Below, piece by piece: positions 18,293 to 29,233 of a DNA stretch of 64,000 nucleotides (within the stretch, counting starts at the first letter, position 1; the number at the start of each line of letters is the position of its first letter). The DNA comes from a virus (lineage: Duplodnaviria > Caudoviricetes). The DNA is taken from IMG/VR virus record IMGVR_UViG_3300025018_000091, one strand, 5' to 3'. A program made the translations under genes and the position numbers. The notes beneath the pieces are model-generated. The model did not search any database and had not been told where the DNA came from. It saw only the letters and a list, made by a program, of their open reading frames with translations.

Positions 18293-18897
18293 CCAGTTAC
18301 AGTAGTTTTCATAAAATCTAAAATATCTTTAAAGTATTTTACTTGTTTCATAAAGAGTTCTTTAGTGGCTTTAGTATCTGATGCGGCTGTATGAGCTTTA
18401 TCATTTTTGATACCATACTTTTTGATAATAGTATTTAGATTATAGTAATTTTCAAAATCACCTTTACAATAATCTAAAAATAGCTCAATAACCATTGTAT
18501 CCATATAGCGTCTACCAAATGGATAAGTATCTTTTGAATTACATTTAATCCAAAGTTGTTCTAATCGTTCTAAGTCGAATGAAACATTATGACCGACACA
18601 TAGCCTTTGTCCAGATGGAACGCCATCTTCCATCAACCAATTTTCTATATCAACGATAGCATTATTAGCATTTTTATAAAGCTCCCTGCCTTCCTTAGTC
18701 TCATGTCTTAAATCTTCTAATTTATGACCATTGATTCTAAGAGCTGCGGGTTCGTAGTTTTCGGGATTCGTCGGTTGAATAAGCCATGTTTTTTGAGCGT
18801 CATCGTTTAATCTGTATAAAGATAATTCAATGACGTCATATTTATGAGAATCTAATCCTGTCGTTTCTGTGTCTAATACGTAAATGGTATAATCCAT
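18289..18897 (-). CDS. DEDDh 3'-5' exonuclease, second copy
   Basis: VLDTETTGL, GHNVSFD, AHTAASD; AGGAG RBS. Confidence 0.9.
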   Translation of the reverse strand: MDYTIYVLDTETTGLDSHKYDVIELSLYRLNDDAQKTWLIQPTNPENYEPAALRINGHKLEDLRHETKEGRELYKNANNAIVDIENWLMEDGVPSGQRLCVGHNVSFDLERLEQLWIKCNSKDTYPFGRRYMDTMVIELFLDYCKGDFENYYNLNTIIKKYGIKNDKAHTAASDTKATKELFMKQVKYFKDILDFMKTTVTG

Positions 18898-18926
18898 AAA
18901 AATCTCCTAAGCGTGTGCTCAGGTAT

Positions 18927-18954
18927 AAACTAATACTTAAAAATAACACGTCAA
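18927..18954 (-). promoter_or_regulatory. Sigma70-like promoter
   Basis: TTGACG-16 nt-TAGTTT; the -35 box includes the TGA stop of the upstream gene. Confidence 0.5.
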
Positions 18955-19301
18955 GTGTCGGAATTTATTTTATTTCGTATTTCTGTTTTCAAGTGATTAA
19001 ATGAATTGATGCCACTTTTATATTGAGAAATTAAGAAACTAACACCATCAACTGTTCTAAGAAATGCTTTTTCTTTTTTAGTTAACTTTGTTCCTTCTAC
19101 AACAAACATTACCTTACTATTTTCAAAAATCTTCCATCTTTCTCCATCATTTGGTAATGAATATCTTTTTACTCTAATAATCTTTTCAGCAACATCATCT
19201 TCTTCATGAAAAAGATCATATTCAAATTTACTAAGATTATACTTTAAGTTTTGATCTTTGAATTCATTTTCCACGGTTGGATCTACAGGTTTATTTGTCA
19301 T
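18951..19301 (-). CDS. Hypothetical protein
   Basis: Probable start MTNKPV at 19301 (GAGAG RBS); track start is 19364. Confidence 0.7.
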   Translation of the reverse strand: MTNKPVDPTVENEFKDQNLKYNLSKFEYDLFHEEDDVAEKIIRVKRYSLPNDGERWKIFENSKVMFVVEGTKLTKKEKAFLRTVDGVSFLISQYKSGINSFNHLKTEIRNKINSDT

Positions 19302-19360
19302 TATTCTCTCTAAAGTTTTAAAATCAAGTTTAATAGGATTTTGTAGAAAATTACCACACA

Positions 19361-20572
19361 TCATTTACACACCATATCGGCGGCGATTATGCCAGTAGTC
19401 GCTGCGGATAATATACCATGTATTCCAGCACTTTCACCAACAACATACAATCCGTCCACTTCGGTTTCTAGATTTGTTCCAATATTAATTTTAGGAGCCA
19501 TAGGTGTTATGGTTGGAACATGAAAATAAGCCTTTGTAGAAATATCTGGGATAATATTAGAAATTTCTAAAATTGTTTCTTTAAGCCATTCATATTCAGG
19601 TATAATAGAAATTTTACTTTTACCAGCAAGTATCGTAGATATTCTTTCTTTTATTATACGATCATTAGCTAATACAAAAGTTAATTTTCCAAGTCTATCT
19701 GTTTGTTCAAACCCATAATTAGGATATGTCCTATTGCCTATGATTGTAAAAGAAACCTTATCAGTTTTCCATCGATTTTCATTAGAACGAAATGCTGATA
19801 TTGCCATATCTAAATGATCTTCTGGAATTACAGTTCCATTCCAATTAAATGGTCCAATAGTTAATTTATCATCTTTAGTAATTGTGCATGTAGATTTGTT
19901 AAGCTCTTTCAATATACCAGAACTCATTTCTGCTCTAATTCCAAATCTGGCGATATCATTGCTATCTATTATACCAAAATTAGTATATAGCTCTTTAGCC
20001 CATCTCCAACCACTACGCCCAACTGCAAATATTATCTTTTTACACTTAAACTCTGCCTCTTCTGTAGAAACTATAAACATAGATTTATTCTTATATATAT
20101 TCTCTACTTCCATATCAAATGCATATGTAATATTATTGTTCTGTTCAATTATTTCTGACATATATTTAGATAAAGCATGAATATCTTTAGGATATACTTG
20201 ATAATGATCATTAAGAGATATAGAATATCCATTCTTCTTTAATCTCTTATTAAAAGCTACTGAAGGAGACTTATCCTTAATTAGCTTAAAATTATCAATA
20301 TTTGATATTGTCTTATTAAAATAATTATAAGCAGACTTAGATTTTCGGACACCAACTAATTCAGATACTTTGGATAAATCATTAAGATATAATTTACCAT
20401 CACTATTTGGTAAACAGCCTAACCAGCCCTCAAGTTGACGACGACGTTTCATTGGAGGGCGACCCAAATCAAATAGAATCGCTTTAACATTCTTATGTTC
20501 CTGTGCTAATCGCAATGCAGCAAAGGAACCTGCAACGCCTGCGCCAATAATACCAACATCATAGTTATTCAT
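19361..20572 (-). CDS. FAD-dependent oxidoreductase
   Basis: GIIGAGVAG Rossmann motif, FAVGRSG, ETEVDGLYVVGE.AG..GI..AA..G. Confidence 0.85.
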   Translation of the reverse strand: MNNYDVGIIGAGVAGSFAALRLAQEHKNVKAILFDLGRPPMKRRRQLEGWLGCLPNSDGKLYLNDLSKVSELVGVRKSKSAYNYFNKTISNIDNFKLIKDKSPSVAFNKRLKKNGYSISLNDHYQVYPKDIHALSKYMSEIIEQNNNITYAFDMEVENIYKNKSMFIVSTEEAEFKCKKIIFAVGRSGWRWAKELYTNFGIIDSNDIARFGIRAEMSSGILKELNKSTCTITKDDKLTIGPFNWNGTVIPEDHLDMAISAFRSNENRWKTDKVSFTIIGNRTYPNYGFEQTDRLGKLTFVLANDRIIKERISTILAGKSKISIIPEYEWLKETILEISNIIPDISTKAYFHVPTITPMAPKINIGTNLETEVDGLYVVGESAGIHGILSAATTGIIAADMVCK

Positions 20573-20611
20573 ATATAATACCCACTACAGACCACTGTAA
20601 CGAATATTATA

Positions 20612-21277
20612 TCATGACTGTTCTGTTATTTCAATACGATTAATTAAATCATCTATTATCTTGAATATAGGATCCTCATATGGATGCTTATTCGCTTTAA
20701 TATTTGCTACAGCTTCATTAAATTGTTTGTTTATATCGGGAAAAATCCACATAAAATAGTATGATGAACTTTTGAATTCAGACACAAAAGAATCCTTTGC
20801 TTTATCTAAATAAGGAATAAAATTCATCTTTTCAGAAAGTTTTTGAATAGCATATAATGAAACCATATATGCTCTTCTTTCAAAATACATTCTAAAATAA
20901 GCTGGTAATGGACATAAACTTAATATAGATAATATAAGGGCAATCTTCCAACTAATAAAAAATAAAGGCACAGCAACTAATAATAATGTAATTGGAAATA
21001 AATACAGCAAACTATATACAATCTTATTGTATTTTTCTGCATCATATATATGGACCAACTCGTGTAAAAATATTGTTATGGCAGAGTCAGGTCTTGTTTT
21101 AACAAACTTTTCATTGGGAAAATATATTGTATTCCCAATGGTAGTTGTATAGCTTGTCATAAATCTTTTATTGAAAAACAATATATAACCTAATAGTTTT
21201 ATAAAGGTAGAGCTATCCTTATATTTGATTTTCAAATCAGGAAAGTATTGTTTTGCGTTTCGTATTAATGAATCCAT
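20612..21277 (-). CDS. Putative HExxH zinc metallopeptidase with a hydrophobic segment
   Basis: TTTIGNTIYFP, FLHELVH, FERRAY; one long hydrophobic stretch. Confidence 0.6.
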   Translation of the reverse strand: MDSLIRNAKQYFPDLKIKYKDSSTFIKLLGYILFFNKRFMTSYTTTIGNTIYFPNEKFVKTRPDSAITIFLHELVHIYDAEKYNKIVYSLLYLFPITLLLVAVPLFFISWKIALILSILSLCPLPAYFRMYFERRAYMVSLYAIQKLSEKMNFIPYLDKAKDSFVSEFKSSSYYFMWIFPDINKQFNEAVANIKANKHPYEDPIFKIIDDLINRIEITEQS

Positions 21278-21281
21278 GATA

Positions 21282-21809
21282 TCACACTTCCATTGTTTGA
21301 ATTGGTAGGGTGTATGGTTTTATTCCTTGATATGATTGGTTATTTGCTTTTAATTGGTTATTAATGGTGTCAACTCTTTGCTGCATTGTTACACCTATTA
21401 TTGATTTATAAAGAGAATCTAATGCAGTACTTATTGCAGGCTTTAAAGATTCAGGCTCAACATCTAATGTAAAATAAACATTTTTATTTGCAAGATCAGC
21501 AGTTCCAGTTAAATTCATAGATACTGGCTCTCCTTGAGAATCATTTGCAGCTTTTGCAATTAAAATGCCTATTGGTCCTTCTCCCATAGTCTTAACATAT
21601 GTTATTTTATCTTCAGGATTGTTACTTTGTTTATCTTGTTCTGTTACCTCCGCGCCTTTCCAAACCCTACCCATACTTTTAATAAATTGTTCTTGTTTGC
21701 CTGCGATATTGGTAAAAAATATAGTAGATGCTGATAGTTCTTGTGCATATTTTCTTAATTTTACTTCAAATTTACTAGCTAATTTAACTATTTTCCCCGA
21801 ATATTTCAT
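21282..21809 (-). CDS. Hypothetical protein with shared N-terminal motif
   Basis: KIVKLASKFEVKL; GAGGA RBS. Confidence 0.75.
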   Translation of the reverse strand: MKYSGKIVKLASKFEVKLRKYAQELSASTIFFTNIAGKQEQFIKSMGRVWKGAEVTEQDKQSNNPEDKITYVKTMGEGPIGILIAKAANDSQGEPVSMNLTGTADLANKNVYFTLDVEPESLKPAISTALDSLYKSIIGVTMQQRVDTINNQLKANNQSYQGIKPYTLPIQTMEV

Positions 21810-22561
21810 TATGTTCCTCGTCTATTTTGCAAATCAGCAATTAATTTATTTCTTATTGTATCAGTAACACTAGAATTATAAATATGCATTTCTGCTAATC
21901 TTAATTCACATGCATCACCAGTAGTTCCCCATCCACCAATTACAAATTTATCAAAATTACAATAATAATAAGTTGAGCTGTAATCAGTGAAATCATAGCT
22001 CATTTCAACACCATCAACCCACATACGATGCGTACTTCCAGAAAATTCTACAACCAAATTATGTCTATTTCCATCAGCAATAAGTGGAGTGCCATAACGC
22101 CTAACATAACGAGAACTCGTACTAAAACTATATTCACAACGAAATATATCAGTTTGTACAGTATATATTTTTCTAGGCGCTAAATGTACTGGATAATTAT
22201 TTCCTGTTCCAGCTGTAAATCCCCATGGCGTATCAGCTACTCCTGTGCTTAATATTTGAACTTTAGCAGTTATTAAAAAACTTTTTTTGTTTCCTGAAAC
22301 GCGAGGACCCCAGCCATTAGCTTGTAAACTATGACCATTTATATGAATAGATGGTCCACTATCACCACCCCATCCAGTAGGCTCATATGTAGCATTAGTG
22401 CTAAATTGAATTAAATCTTCAGTACCCTGTTCATCTGATACGCTAACAACAGTTGATCCACTAACAGTAGCATTTTCAGCAAACCAATGCGATTGAATAA
22501 ATCCAGGCACAACATATGCAGGAGGCGGTGGTGCCGATGACTTTACAAAATTAATTATCAT
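21809..22561 (-). CDS. LamG/ConA-like domain protein, probably virion-associated
   Basis: RHNLVVEF...MWVDG, FVIGGW, LAEMHIYNSS; ATG at 22561. Confidence 0.6.
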   Translation of the reverse strand: MIINFVKSSAPPPPAYVVPGFIQSHWFAENATVSGSTVVSVSDEQGTEDLIQFSTNATYEPTGWGGDSGPSIHINGHSLQANGWGPRVSGNKKSFLITAKVQILSTGVADTPWGFTAGTGNNYPVHLAPRKIYTVQTDIFRCEYSFSTSSRYVRRYGTPLIADGNRHNLVVEFSGSTHRMWVDGVEMSYDFTDYSSTYYYCNFDKFVIGGWGTTGDACELRLAEMHIYNSSVTDTIRNKLIADLQNRRGT

Positions 22562-22562
22562 T

Positions 22563-23786
22563 TTACTCCAATACAAATATTAAGTTAACAGTTAAATCGT
22601 AATTCAATGATGTATAAGAATATCCCGTATTTGATATATCAATACGATCGCCTGGAAGAATTTCCGTTCTTAATGGATTTACATTATTATTTAATGATTC
22701 ATTATAATGACTTGTATTAAGTTCCATAGTTGATAGCAAAAAATCATTTCCATTTATTTGGATATTAATTCTTGGATAATAAGAACTATTAGCATATACA
22801 TTTTGAGATCTGATCTCACAATAAATTAATCTAGCTGTAGGACTTCCCCATCTTATTCCACTATACATTCCTAAAAAGGCTGATAAAATGCCAGCATCAG
22901 CGCCTGTGTGTCCTGATTCTGCATAAGCACCAGCTATAAAAATTGGCAAGAAGACTGTTCTAGTTGCTTGAGCATAATACACTTCAATTATATCACCAGC
23001 AACAGTACTTAAACTTGGTCCAGATACTTTAATACCCATGTCTCCAGGTGTATCATAATAATTCACAACAATATACCATTTAAAAAATTCTACAGTAAAT
23101 GTTTCAGTACCAAGTGGAGCGCTATTTACTCTTAATGTCCCAGTAATACCACTACCATTATCCCCAAGTATAGTTATATCCATGCCACCAGTATAACTAA
23201 ATTCTTCTGCATATAAAATTCTATTCGTTAATGCCGAATCATTATAACCGTCTAACATATATGTTGATCCAAGATTAACATATTTGAAATATATTTTTCC
23301 AGATTGGTCTAATAAACTGCCCGCTAATCCAACCAATGTATTATAACTATAAGAAATTCCAAAAGAAGTAGATGATGTAACGCCTTGTTTATCTAATACT
23401 CTTACAGCTATATTTTCTCTTAAATTGCGGCTTTGATTAGTTAATATAGTTAAATAATCAATATCTATAGCAGTAGTTTCAAAATCAGTATTGGCAATTA
23501 AAGGATTCCATTCAGGAGCACCAGTTGGACCAGCAGGACCAACAACCCCTGAATCTCCAGTAGCCCCAGTAGCCCCAGTAGCCCCAGTCGGACCTGTATC
23601 TCCATCAACACCATTAGTTCCTGCCGCCCCTGTAGCACCTGTTGGTCCTGTATCACCAGATAAACCTCTTTCACCTCTTGGTCCTTGGGTTCCAGTCGAA
23701 CCAGTAGCTCCAGTCGCTCCCCCTGCACTTGGAGTTACAGATGGAATACTTGTATTGTCATCAAAATCATATGGGTATTTTGTCAT
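22563..23786 (-). CDS. Collagen-like (G-X-Y) virion fibre protein
   Basis: About 20 G-X-Y triplets near the N-terminus, then a beta-rich body. Confidence 0.75.
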   Translation of the reverse strand: MTKYPYDFDDNTSIPSVTPSAGGATGATGSTGTQGPRGERGLSGDTGPTGATGAAGTNGVDGDTGPTGATGATGATGDSGVVGPAGPTGAPEWNPLIANTDFETTAIDIDYLTILTNQSRNLRENIAVRVLDKQGVTSSTSFGISYSYNTLVGLAGSLLDQSGKIYFKYVNLGSTYMLDGYNDSALTNRILYAEEFSYTGGMDITILGDNGSGITGTLRVNSAPLGTETFTVEFFKWYIVVNYYDTPGDMGIKVSGPSLSTVAGDIIEVYYAQATRTVFLPIFIAGAYAESGHTGADAGILSAFLGMYSGIRWGSPTARLIYCEIRSQNVYANSSYYPRINIQINGNDFLLSTMELNTSHYNESLNNNVNPLRTEILPGDRIDISNTGYSYTSLNYDLTVNLIFVLE

Positions 23787-23818
23787 GTTAGTTACCTAAG
23801 ATGCATTCTCTATTAGAG

Positions 23819-23838
23819 TATACTAAACTTTTAGTATA
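23819..23838. promoter_or_regulatory. Palindromic site between divergent structural operons
   Basis: TATACTAAA-CT-TTTAGTATA, perfect 9-bp inverted repeat. Confidence 0.55.
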
Positions 23839-23854
23839 TTTACGAGGTTCTTAT

Positions 23855-24829
23855 ATGACAACCACCTATCCAGCAGCATTAGACACTAATACAACTTTAC
23901 CTAAAGTTACCGATAATTTAACTCCAGTTTCTGGATCTGTATATAATCGTTTACAAGAGGCAGTTATTAGAGTAGAATATGAATTAGGCGTTAAACCTAG
24001 CGGAACTTATTCAACCGTTCGAGCAAGATTAGATGCACTTGAAGGTATTCTTGCAAAACTAAATCTAAACCTTCAATTTGGTGGAGATATCGAAGCTCAA
24101 ACAGATCCTACTATTCAACATGTCATCGGTATTAGAGGCGAGACAATTTTAAATAATTTGTCAAAATCAGTTGGAGGATCATTAAGATGGGATGGTAGTT
24201 ATTGGAATCAGGTACAATTATATATGGACGATATATTACCTCCATTTTATGTAGAAATGAATGGACCTCCAATGCAAGAAGTAAATCAATGGCTATCATA
24301 TCCTACATTTTATGGCACATATAATTTTGAACCTCCCACTTCTATTACATTAACCGATACTGAAGGACACTCACAAATAATACCAATAGTTGATAGGGCT
24401 TTATTTTATAGTGATTATGAATTTCAAAAAACAGCATTTGATGGATACGTAACTTTTACATTAACAGCAGAACATCATCAAATAGAAAAAAGCTTTGACT
24501 ATACAGTATACTGGGGACAAAAACTTTTTTGGGGTGTTGGTCCTGCTGGTTATACTACAGCATCTGATATTACAACCAATTTAGATGGTTACGTTACAAA
24601 TAGTATTGCTTATAATTTTACTGCAACTGCAGGAGCATCTGAAAAAATCTATTTTGCATGTAGAACAGCATATGGCGCAGCAACTTTTTATGTTGGGGGA
24701 TTTGAAGGTGGGTTTACTTTAGTTAGCGATACAATCTCCATAACAAATGATTATGGATTTACTGAAAATTATGCGCTTTATGAAAGTGATAATCTTGGAT
24801 TAGGTACTACTACCGTTACAGTGAGCTAA
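23855..24829 (+). CDS. Putative virion structural protein
   Basis: Start MTTTYP at 23855 (GAGG RBS); N-terminal domain shared with 38068..39870. Confidence 0.7.
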   Translation: MTTTYPAALDTNTTLPKVTDNLTPVSGSVYNRLQEAVIRVEYELGVKPSGTYSTVRARLDALEGILAKLNLNLQFGGDIEAQTDPTIQHVIGIRGETILNNLSKSVGGSLRWDGSYWNQVQLYMDDILPPFYVEMNGPPMQEVNQWLSYPTFYGTYNFEPPTSITLTDTEGHSQIIPIVDRALFYSDYEFQKTAFDGYVTFTLTAEHHQIEKSFDYTVYWGQKLFWGVGPAGYTTASDITTNLDGYVTNSIAYNFTATAGASEKIYFACRTAYGAATFYVGGFEGGFTLVSDTISITNDYGFTENYALYESDNLGLGTTTVTVS

Positions 24830-24837
24830 AGGACAAT

Positions 24838-26043
24838 ATGACATCTAGATATTTAACTTGGACGGGATCAGACTGGGGCTTAGCTGAAAGCGGTGGCGGC
24901 GGTGGCGGAACTGGTACAATTGGACCTATTGGTCCTGCTGGTCCTACTGGAGCTACTGGTGCTACTGGAGCTACTGGAGCCGCTGGAGATACAGGCGCAA
25001 CTGGAGCCACTGGTGCTACTGGCGCTACTGGAGCTGCTGGTAGTATAGGATCAACAGGCGCTAGAGGTCCTACCGGAAATACTGGACCAACCGGACCAAC
25101 CGGACCAATTGTAGAACATAATTTATTAACATCAATACAAGGCGGTTCTGTAGCAGATGGATATTATCATTTAACTAATAGTGAACATGGCTGGTTAACA
25201 GATGGATATGTAGATGGATATTGGAATGTAGATAAAGGAGCAATTGGAATAACTGTTTATAATCCTGGAGATATAATTTATGCTAGTGCAGAAGATATAT
25301 TAAGTAAAATATCTATTGGCAATGAAGGCGAAACATTAATATCATCAGCAGGATTTCCAGTATGGGGATTTCCTACTCATAGTTTATTATCATCATTAGA
25401 GGGCGGTTCTGGAATTGATGGTTATTATCATTTAACCAACAATGAACACACTTGGTTAACAGCAGGTTATACTGCTGGTAAATGGGCTGAAAATAAAGGT
25501 GGAACAAACCAAACCACATATACTATTGGTGATTTATTATATGCCAGTGCATCTAATACATTAAGTAAATTATCAGCATCAATAGATGGTTATATTCTTA
25601 AACTAGCATCTGGAATTCCTTCATGGGATATCCATACAAATACATTAACTCAAGTAACTGTTGGAAAAGATGGTTATATTACACCTGCTTCTGATGGATA
25701 TCTAACATCTAAGTTTACAGAAGTTAATACAGAAGGATTCCCAGCATATGTGGCTAATACAACCTGCTACATTAAAAATTTTACAATTACAATGAGTGAT
25801 GTAATGTTAGCAGGACAAACAGTAGTTATTACAATAAGAAAAAACAATGTGGATACTATACTTACATTAACATTAGATAATGCAACTCCTTTGAATTCTG
25901 CGGTAACATTGCGAATAGAACAGGATATTACAAATTCTGTATCATTAGTTAATGGTGATAAAGTAACGGTTAAATATGTAGCATCTGGCACGGCTGATGC
26001 TCAAGATATTTTTGTTACTTTTGATATATTGAAGACAGTATAA
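24838..26043 (+). CDS. Collagen-like tail-fibre-type protein with an internal duplication
   Basis: G-X-Y run, then two copies of [22 protein letters not shown]...GD..YAS. Confidence 0.75.
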   Translation: MTSRYLTWTGSDWGLAESGGGGGGTGTIGPIGPAGPTGATGATGATGAAGDTGATGATGATGATGAAGSIGSTGARGPTGNTGPTGPTGPIVEHNLLTSIQGGSVADGYYHLTNSEHGWLTDGYVDGYWNVDKGAIGITVYNPGDIIYASAEDILSKISIGNEGETLISSAGFPVWGFPTHSLLSSLEGGSGIDGYYHLTNNEHTWLTAGYTAGKWAENKGGTNQTTYTIGDLLYASASNTLSKLSASIDGYILKLASGIPSWDIHTNTLTQVTVGKDGYITPASDGYLTSKFTEVNTEGFPAYVANTTCYIKNFTITMSDVMLAGQTVVITIRKNNVDTILTLTLDNATPLNSAVTLRIEQDITNSVSLVNGDKVTVKYVASGTADAQDIFVTFDILKTV

Positions 26044-26056
26044 GGCTAATAATAAA

Positions 26057-26617
26057 ATGCCAATCAATCTAATCTCTAAAATAAAGTCAAAAAATGATGG
26101 GTCATTTCCTACTATTGAAGATGTAGATATATATGGCGGTTATCAAGTACGTAGTGATATTGCTGATCGTAATAGTATTCCTTCTTTAAATAGAAAAGAA
26201 GGAATGATGGTTTTTGTACAAGATGATAGCAAATATTATACTTTAAGTGGAGGCTTAACTGATGGATATTGGACAGAAATATCTTTTGGTGGCGGAAGCT
26301 CTATGGCATATGTATTAATAGAAGATGAAGATAGATTAGTTGAATCTGGAGTAAGTGAATTAATCGTATCGGCTAATACTGATTCTGTAACAAGGACTAT
26401 TACATTACCAGCTACGCCTACTGATGGTCAAGAAATAATAATAATACGTCAGGCAGAATATGCTAATGGCACGCTTATTATTGATCTAAATGATTCGTTA
26501 ATAGATTATATAATATCAAGTTGGGGATTTAATTCTTTTACTGATTCAGAATTACATTTGATATATTATGGAGATGTATGGTTACATATCTATAGCAGAA
26601 CTGAGTCTTATGGCTAA
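26057..26617 (+). CDS. Tandem paralogue 1 (conserved N-domain, variable C-domain), probable fibre/appendage
   Basis: MPINLISKIKSKNDG.FP..ED.D.YGGYQVRS...RKEGM...KYYTL.GG.T...W. Confidence 0.75.
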   Translation: MPINLISKIKSKNDGSFPTIEDVDIYGGYQVRSDIADRNSIPSLNRKEGMMVFVQDDSKYYTLSGGLTDGYWTEISFGGGSSMAYVLIEDEDRLVESGVSELIVSANTDSVTRTITLPATPTDGQEIIIIRQAEYANGTLIIDLNDSLIDYIISSWGFNSFTDSELHLIYYGDVWLHIYSRTESYG

Positions 26618-26632
26618 TATGTGGAGATTTAA

Positions 26633-27250
26633 ATGCCTATAAATATAATTTCATTATTGAAACCTAAAAATGATGGCGAATTTCCCATTGCTGAGGATGT
26701 TGATGGATATGGTGGATATCAGGTAAGATCAGATATTACAGATAGAAATCTTATACCAGAGTTAAACAGAATAGAGGGTATGTTAGTATATGTTCAATCA
26801 GATGCTAAATACTATACTTTATCTGGAGGAATAACTAATTCTGATTGGATAGAAGTAACTTTAGGGGGCGGTTCTACAACCACAAGAGAGATTGTTGTTT
26901 TAACTGAACCAACTACATATAATGTTCCCTCTGGAGTAAATCAATTTATTATTAATACATATGTACCAACTCTGGATGATCCTAGTGGAGTAGTAACTAC
27001 AGTTGCACTACCTAGTGATCCAACAGATTTGCAAGAAATTATAGTTAAAACTACAAATGCTTCTGGAAAAAATTATTGGGTTATTGATGTTAATGGTGGA
27101 ATCAATAATATTGACAATGGTAATGCTGATTTTGGAAGCCCATCTAATTCTTATCCATGGATTATATATAGTAATTATTGTTTAAAAATAAGGTGGACGG
27201 GATCAATATGGAGTGTTATCACATTTACATCTCTCACTATTCCAAAGTAA
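26633..27250 (+). CDS. Tandem paralogue 2
   Basis: Same N-terminal ~75 aa; divergent C-terminus with LPSDPTDLQEIIVK. Confidence 0.75.
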   Translation: MPINIISLLKPKNDGEFPIAEDVDGYGGYQVRSDITDRNLIPELNRIEGMLVYVQSDAKYYTLSGGITNSDWIEVTLGGGSTTTREIVVLTEPTTYNVPSGVNQFIINTYVPTLDDPSGVVTTVALPSDPTDLQEIIVKTTNASGKNYWVIDVNGGINNIDNGNADFGSPSNSYPWIIYSNYCLKIRWTGSIWSVITFTSLTIPK

Positions 27251-27263
27251 AATAGGACATTAA

Positions 27264-27845
27264 ATGCCAATCAATATAATATCTAAAATAAAGCCCAAAA
27301 ATGATGGTTTGTTTCCTACATTTGAAGATCGAGATATATTTGGTGGTTATCAAGTACGTAGTAATTCTACTGATCGCAATAATATACCAGCTTTAAATAG
27401 AAAAGAAGGCATGTTAGTTTACACACAAGATGATGATAAATATTATACTTTAAATGGTGGGCTAACTGATGGATATTGGACAGAAGTAGTATTTGGTGGC
27501 GGTGGTGGATCAGATTTTACATTAGTTCATACAGGTATAAGTTATCAAATAGTTGATACAACAAATCAGTTTATATCTGTAGAATCATTTTTAGGATTTG
27601 CTTTAACAATAACATTACCTTTAAATCCTGCTAATGGTCAAGAAGTCATTGTAAAAGATACTGATGGTGTTTGTAGTTCATTTTCTGAAATATCAATTGA
27701 AATATATGGTAATGGACATGATATAATTATTCCTTTTGAATATCGTTATTTGTGGAATGCATATGAATGCATTCATATTAAATATAATAGTACATTAGAT
27801 TTGTGGGGATTAGTAAGTGATTGGTATCCTATTATACAATCATAA
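27264..27845 (+). CDS. Tandem paralogue 3
   Basis: Same N-terminal ~75 aa; C-terminus with LPLNPANGQEVIVKD. Confidence 0.75.
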   Translation: MPINIISKIKPKNDGLFPTFEDRDIFGGYQVRSNSTDRNNIPALNRKEGMLVYTQDDDKYYTLNGGLTDGYWTEVVFGGGGGSDFTLVHTGISYQIVDTTNQFISVESFLGFALTITLPLNPANGQEVIVKDTDGVCSSFSEISIEIYGNGHDIIIPFEYRYLWNAYECIHIKYNSTLDLWGLVSDWYPIIQS

Positions 27846-28916
27846 TTCACAAAATTGTAGATTGTCTAATATTCTACTTTTTTCATTATCTGGCAACATA
27901 CCACTCTTTAATAATGCATTATTTAAAGTAGCTGCTTCTTGTTTTTTACCAATCCAATAAGCAGCAACAGCTAATTCATCTATAATCTTCCAATCATAAC
28001 AAGCCGTTTCTAAAAACAAAGCGTCCTTAGGTTTAGCTATATTACATCCAATCTTAGCATAAAAATATGACTTATGAAGTCTATCAAATCTTCTACAATA
28101 TGAACACAAATAAGACAACGCCTCAACTCTATTTGGTTGATAATTAAAAGCTTCTAGATAAGCGGATTCAATTCTTAATGCATCATGAGTATATAATGAT
28201 TCATGTAGCTTGGCTGCCTCTAATAATGATACATATATCTCTTCTATCCAGCCACCCATTTTACTGCGCTGTAGATACAATTTTAAAGATTCTTCCTTCT
28301 TTCCGGCGTCCCTGTAGCTCTGCGCCGCGTAGAAGACATAGCGGGAGTTATTTGGCTCGACAATCAATGCTTTATCGAACGTCATGGCATCCTTAAGATA
28401 CTTTTGAGGATCATTAGATCGAGACCCGTTAGCTCCAAATATAATCTTACATCCAACCAATGGTTTTGATACAATATTTATTGGCAATTCTAAATATTCA
28501 TGTAGAACACCAACATATTTAGATTTTAATTTACTACTAAATAATTGAGTTCTACTATATACAATTGGACCGTGATTAAACTCGATAGTATAAGCTGATT
28601 TTGTGAGGTTTTTAAATACATTGATATTATTTACAGCCAAATAGTCATCAGCATCCATAACTAATATATAATCTGCTTTTGGCTTTGCTAATTGTAATGC
28701 TTTATTTCTATTGGTAGAGAAGTCTTCCCATTCATGTTTATGAAGTTCACCGGGGATGTCTTTTAAACATTTTTGGATTACTTCTTCTGTGTTGTCTGTA
28801 GAGCCTGTGTCGCATATAATCCAATAGTCAATAAAAGGCTTAACAGAATTGAGGCACCTTTCAATACAGTGTGCCTCATTCTTAACAATCATAGATAAAC
28901 ATACCGTCATGTACAC
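27840..28916 (-). CDS. GT2 glycosyltransferase with TPR-like C-terminus
   Basis: CLSMIVKNEAHCIERCL, DTGSTD, DFSTNRN, MDADD; RYVFYAAQSYRD and R.EAL TPR-like helices. Confidence 0.9.
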   Translation of the reverse strand: MYMTVCLSMIVKNEAHCIERCLNSVKPFIDYWIICDTGSTDNTEEVIQKCLKDIPGELHKHEWEDFSTNRNKALQLAKPKADYILVMDADDYLAVNNINVFKNLTKSAYTIEFNHGPIVYSRTQLFSSKLKSKYVGVLHEYLELPINIVSKPLVGCKIIFGANGSRSNDPQKYLKDAMTFDKALIVEPNNSRYVFYAAQSYRDAGKKEESLKLYLQRSKMGGWIEEIYVSLLEAAKLHESLYTHDALRIESAYLEAFNYQPNRVEALSYLCSYCRRFDRLHKSYFYAKIGCNIAKPKDALFLETACYDWKIIDELAVAAYWIGKKQEAATLNNALLKSGMLPDNEKSRILDNLQFCEL

Positions 28917-28930
28917 TTATATATCAGACG

Positions 28931-29233
28931 TTATTCTTCCCACACACCAATAATAGTAATTCCTTCTACTGGATCTCCGCTAGGCGGTATTGGGCTTGGA
29001 GATCCAGTAGACGTCCATATTTCATAACTTAAAGTTACTGTATTCCAAGCTCTCATACGATAATGATATTGTGTTCCAATTGGTACAGCATAGAATTTCC
29101 AATTACCTTTTGCTCCAACATATTTAGTTCCGCTTGCAAATGGATCAGTAGGTATTGCCAATCCACCTCTAACTAAAGAGTAGTTTTCGCTATAAAAAGG
29201 TAACGAAAAATAATATCCATCTTCAGAAACCAT
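28931..29233 (-). CDS. Hypothetical protein
   Basis: Start MVSEDGY at 29233, coupled to the upstream stop; YRMRAWNT resembles YYMRAYNT at the start of 30194..32641. Confidence 0.65.
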   Translation of the reverse strand: MVSEDGYYFSLPFYSENYSLVRGGLAIPTDPFASGTKYVGAKGNWKFYAVPIGTQYHYRMRAWNTVTLSYEIWTSTGSPSPIPPSGDPVEGITIIGVWEE

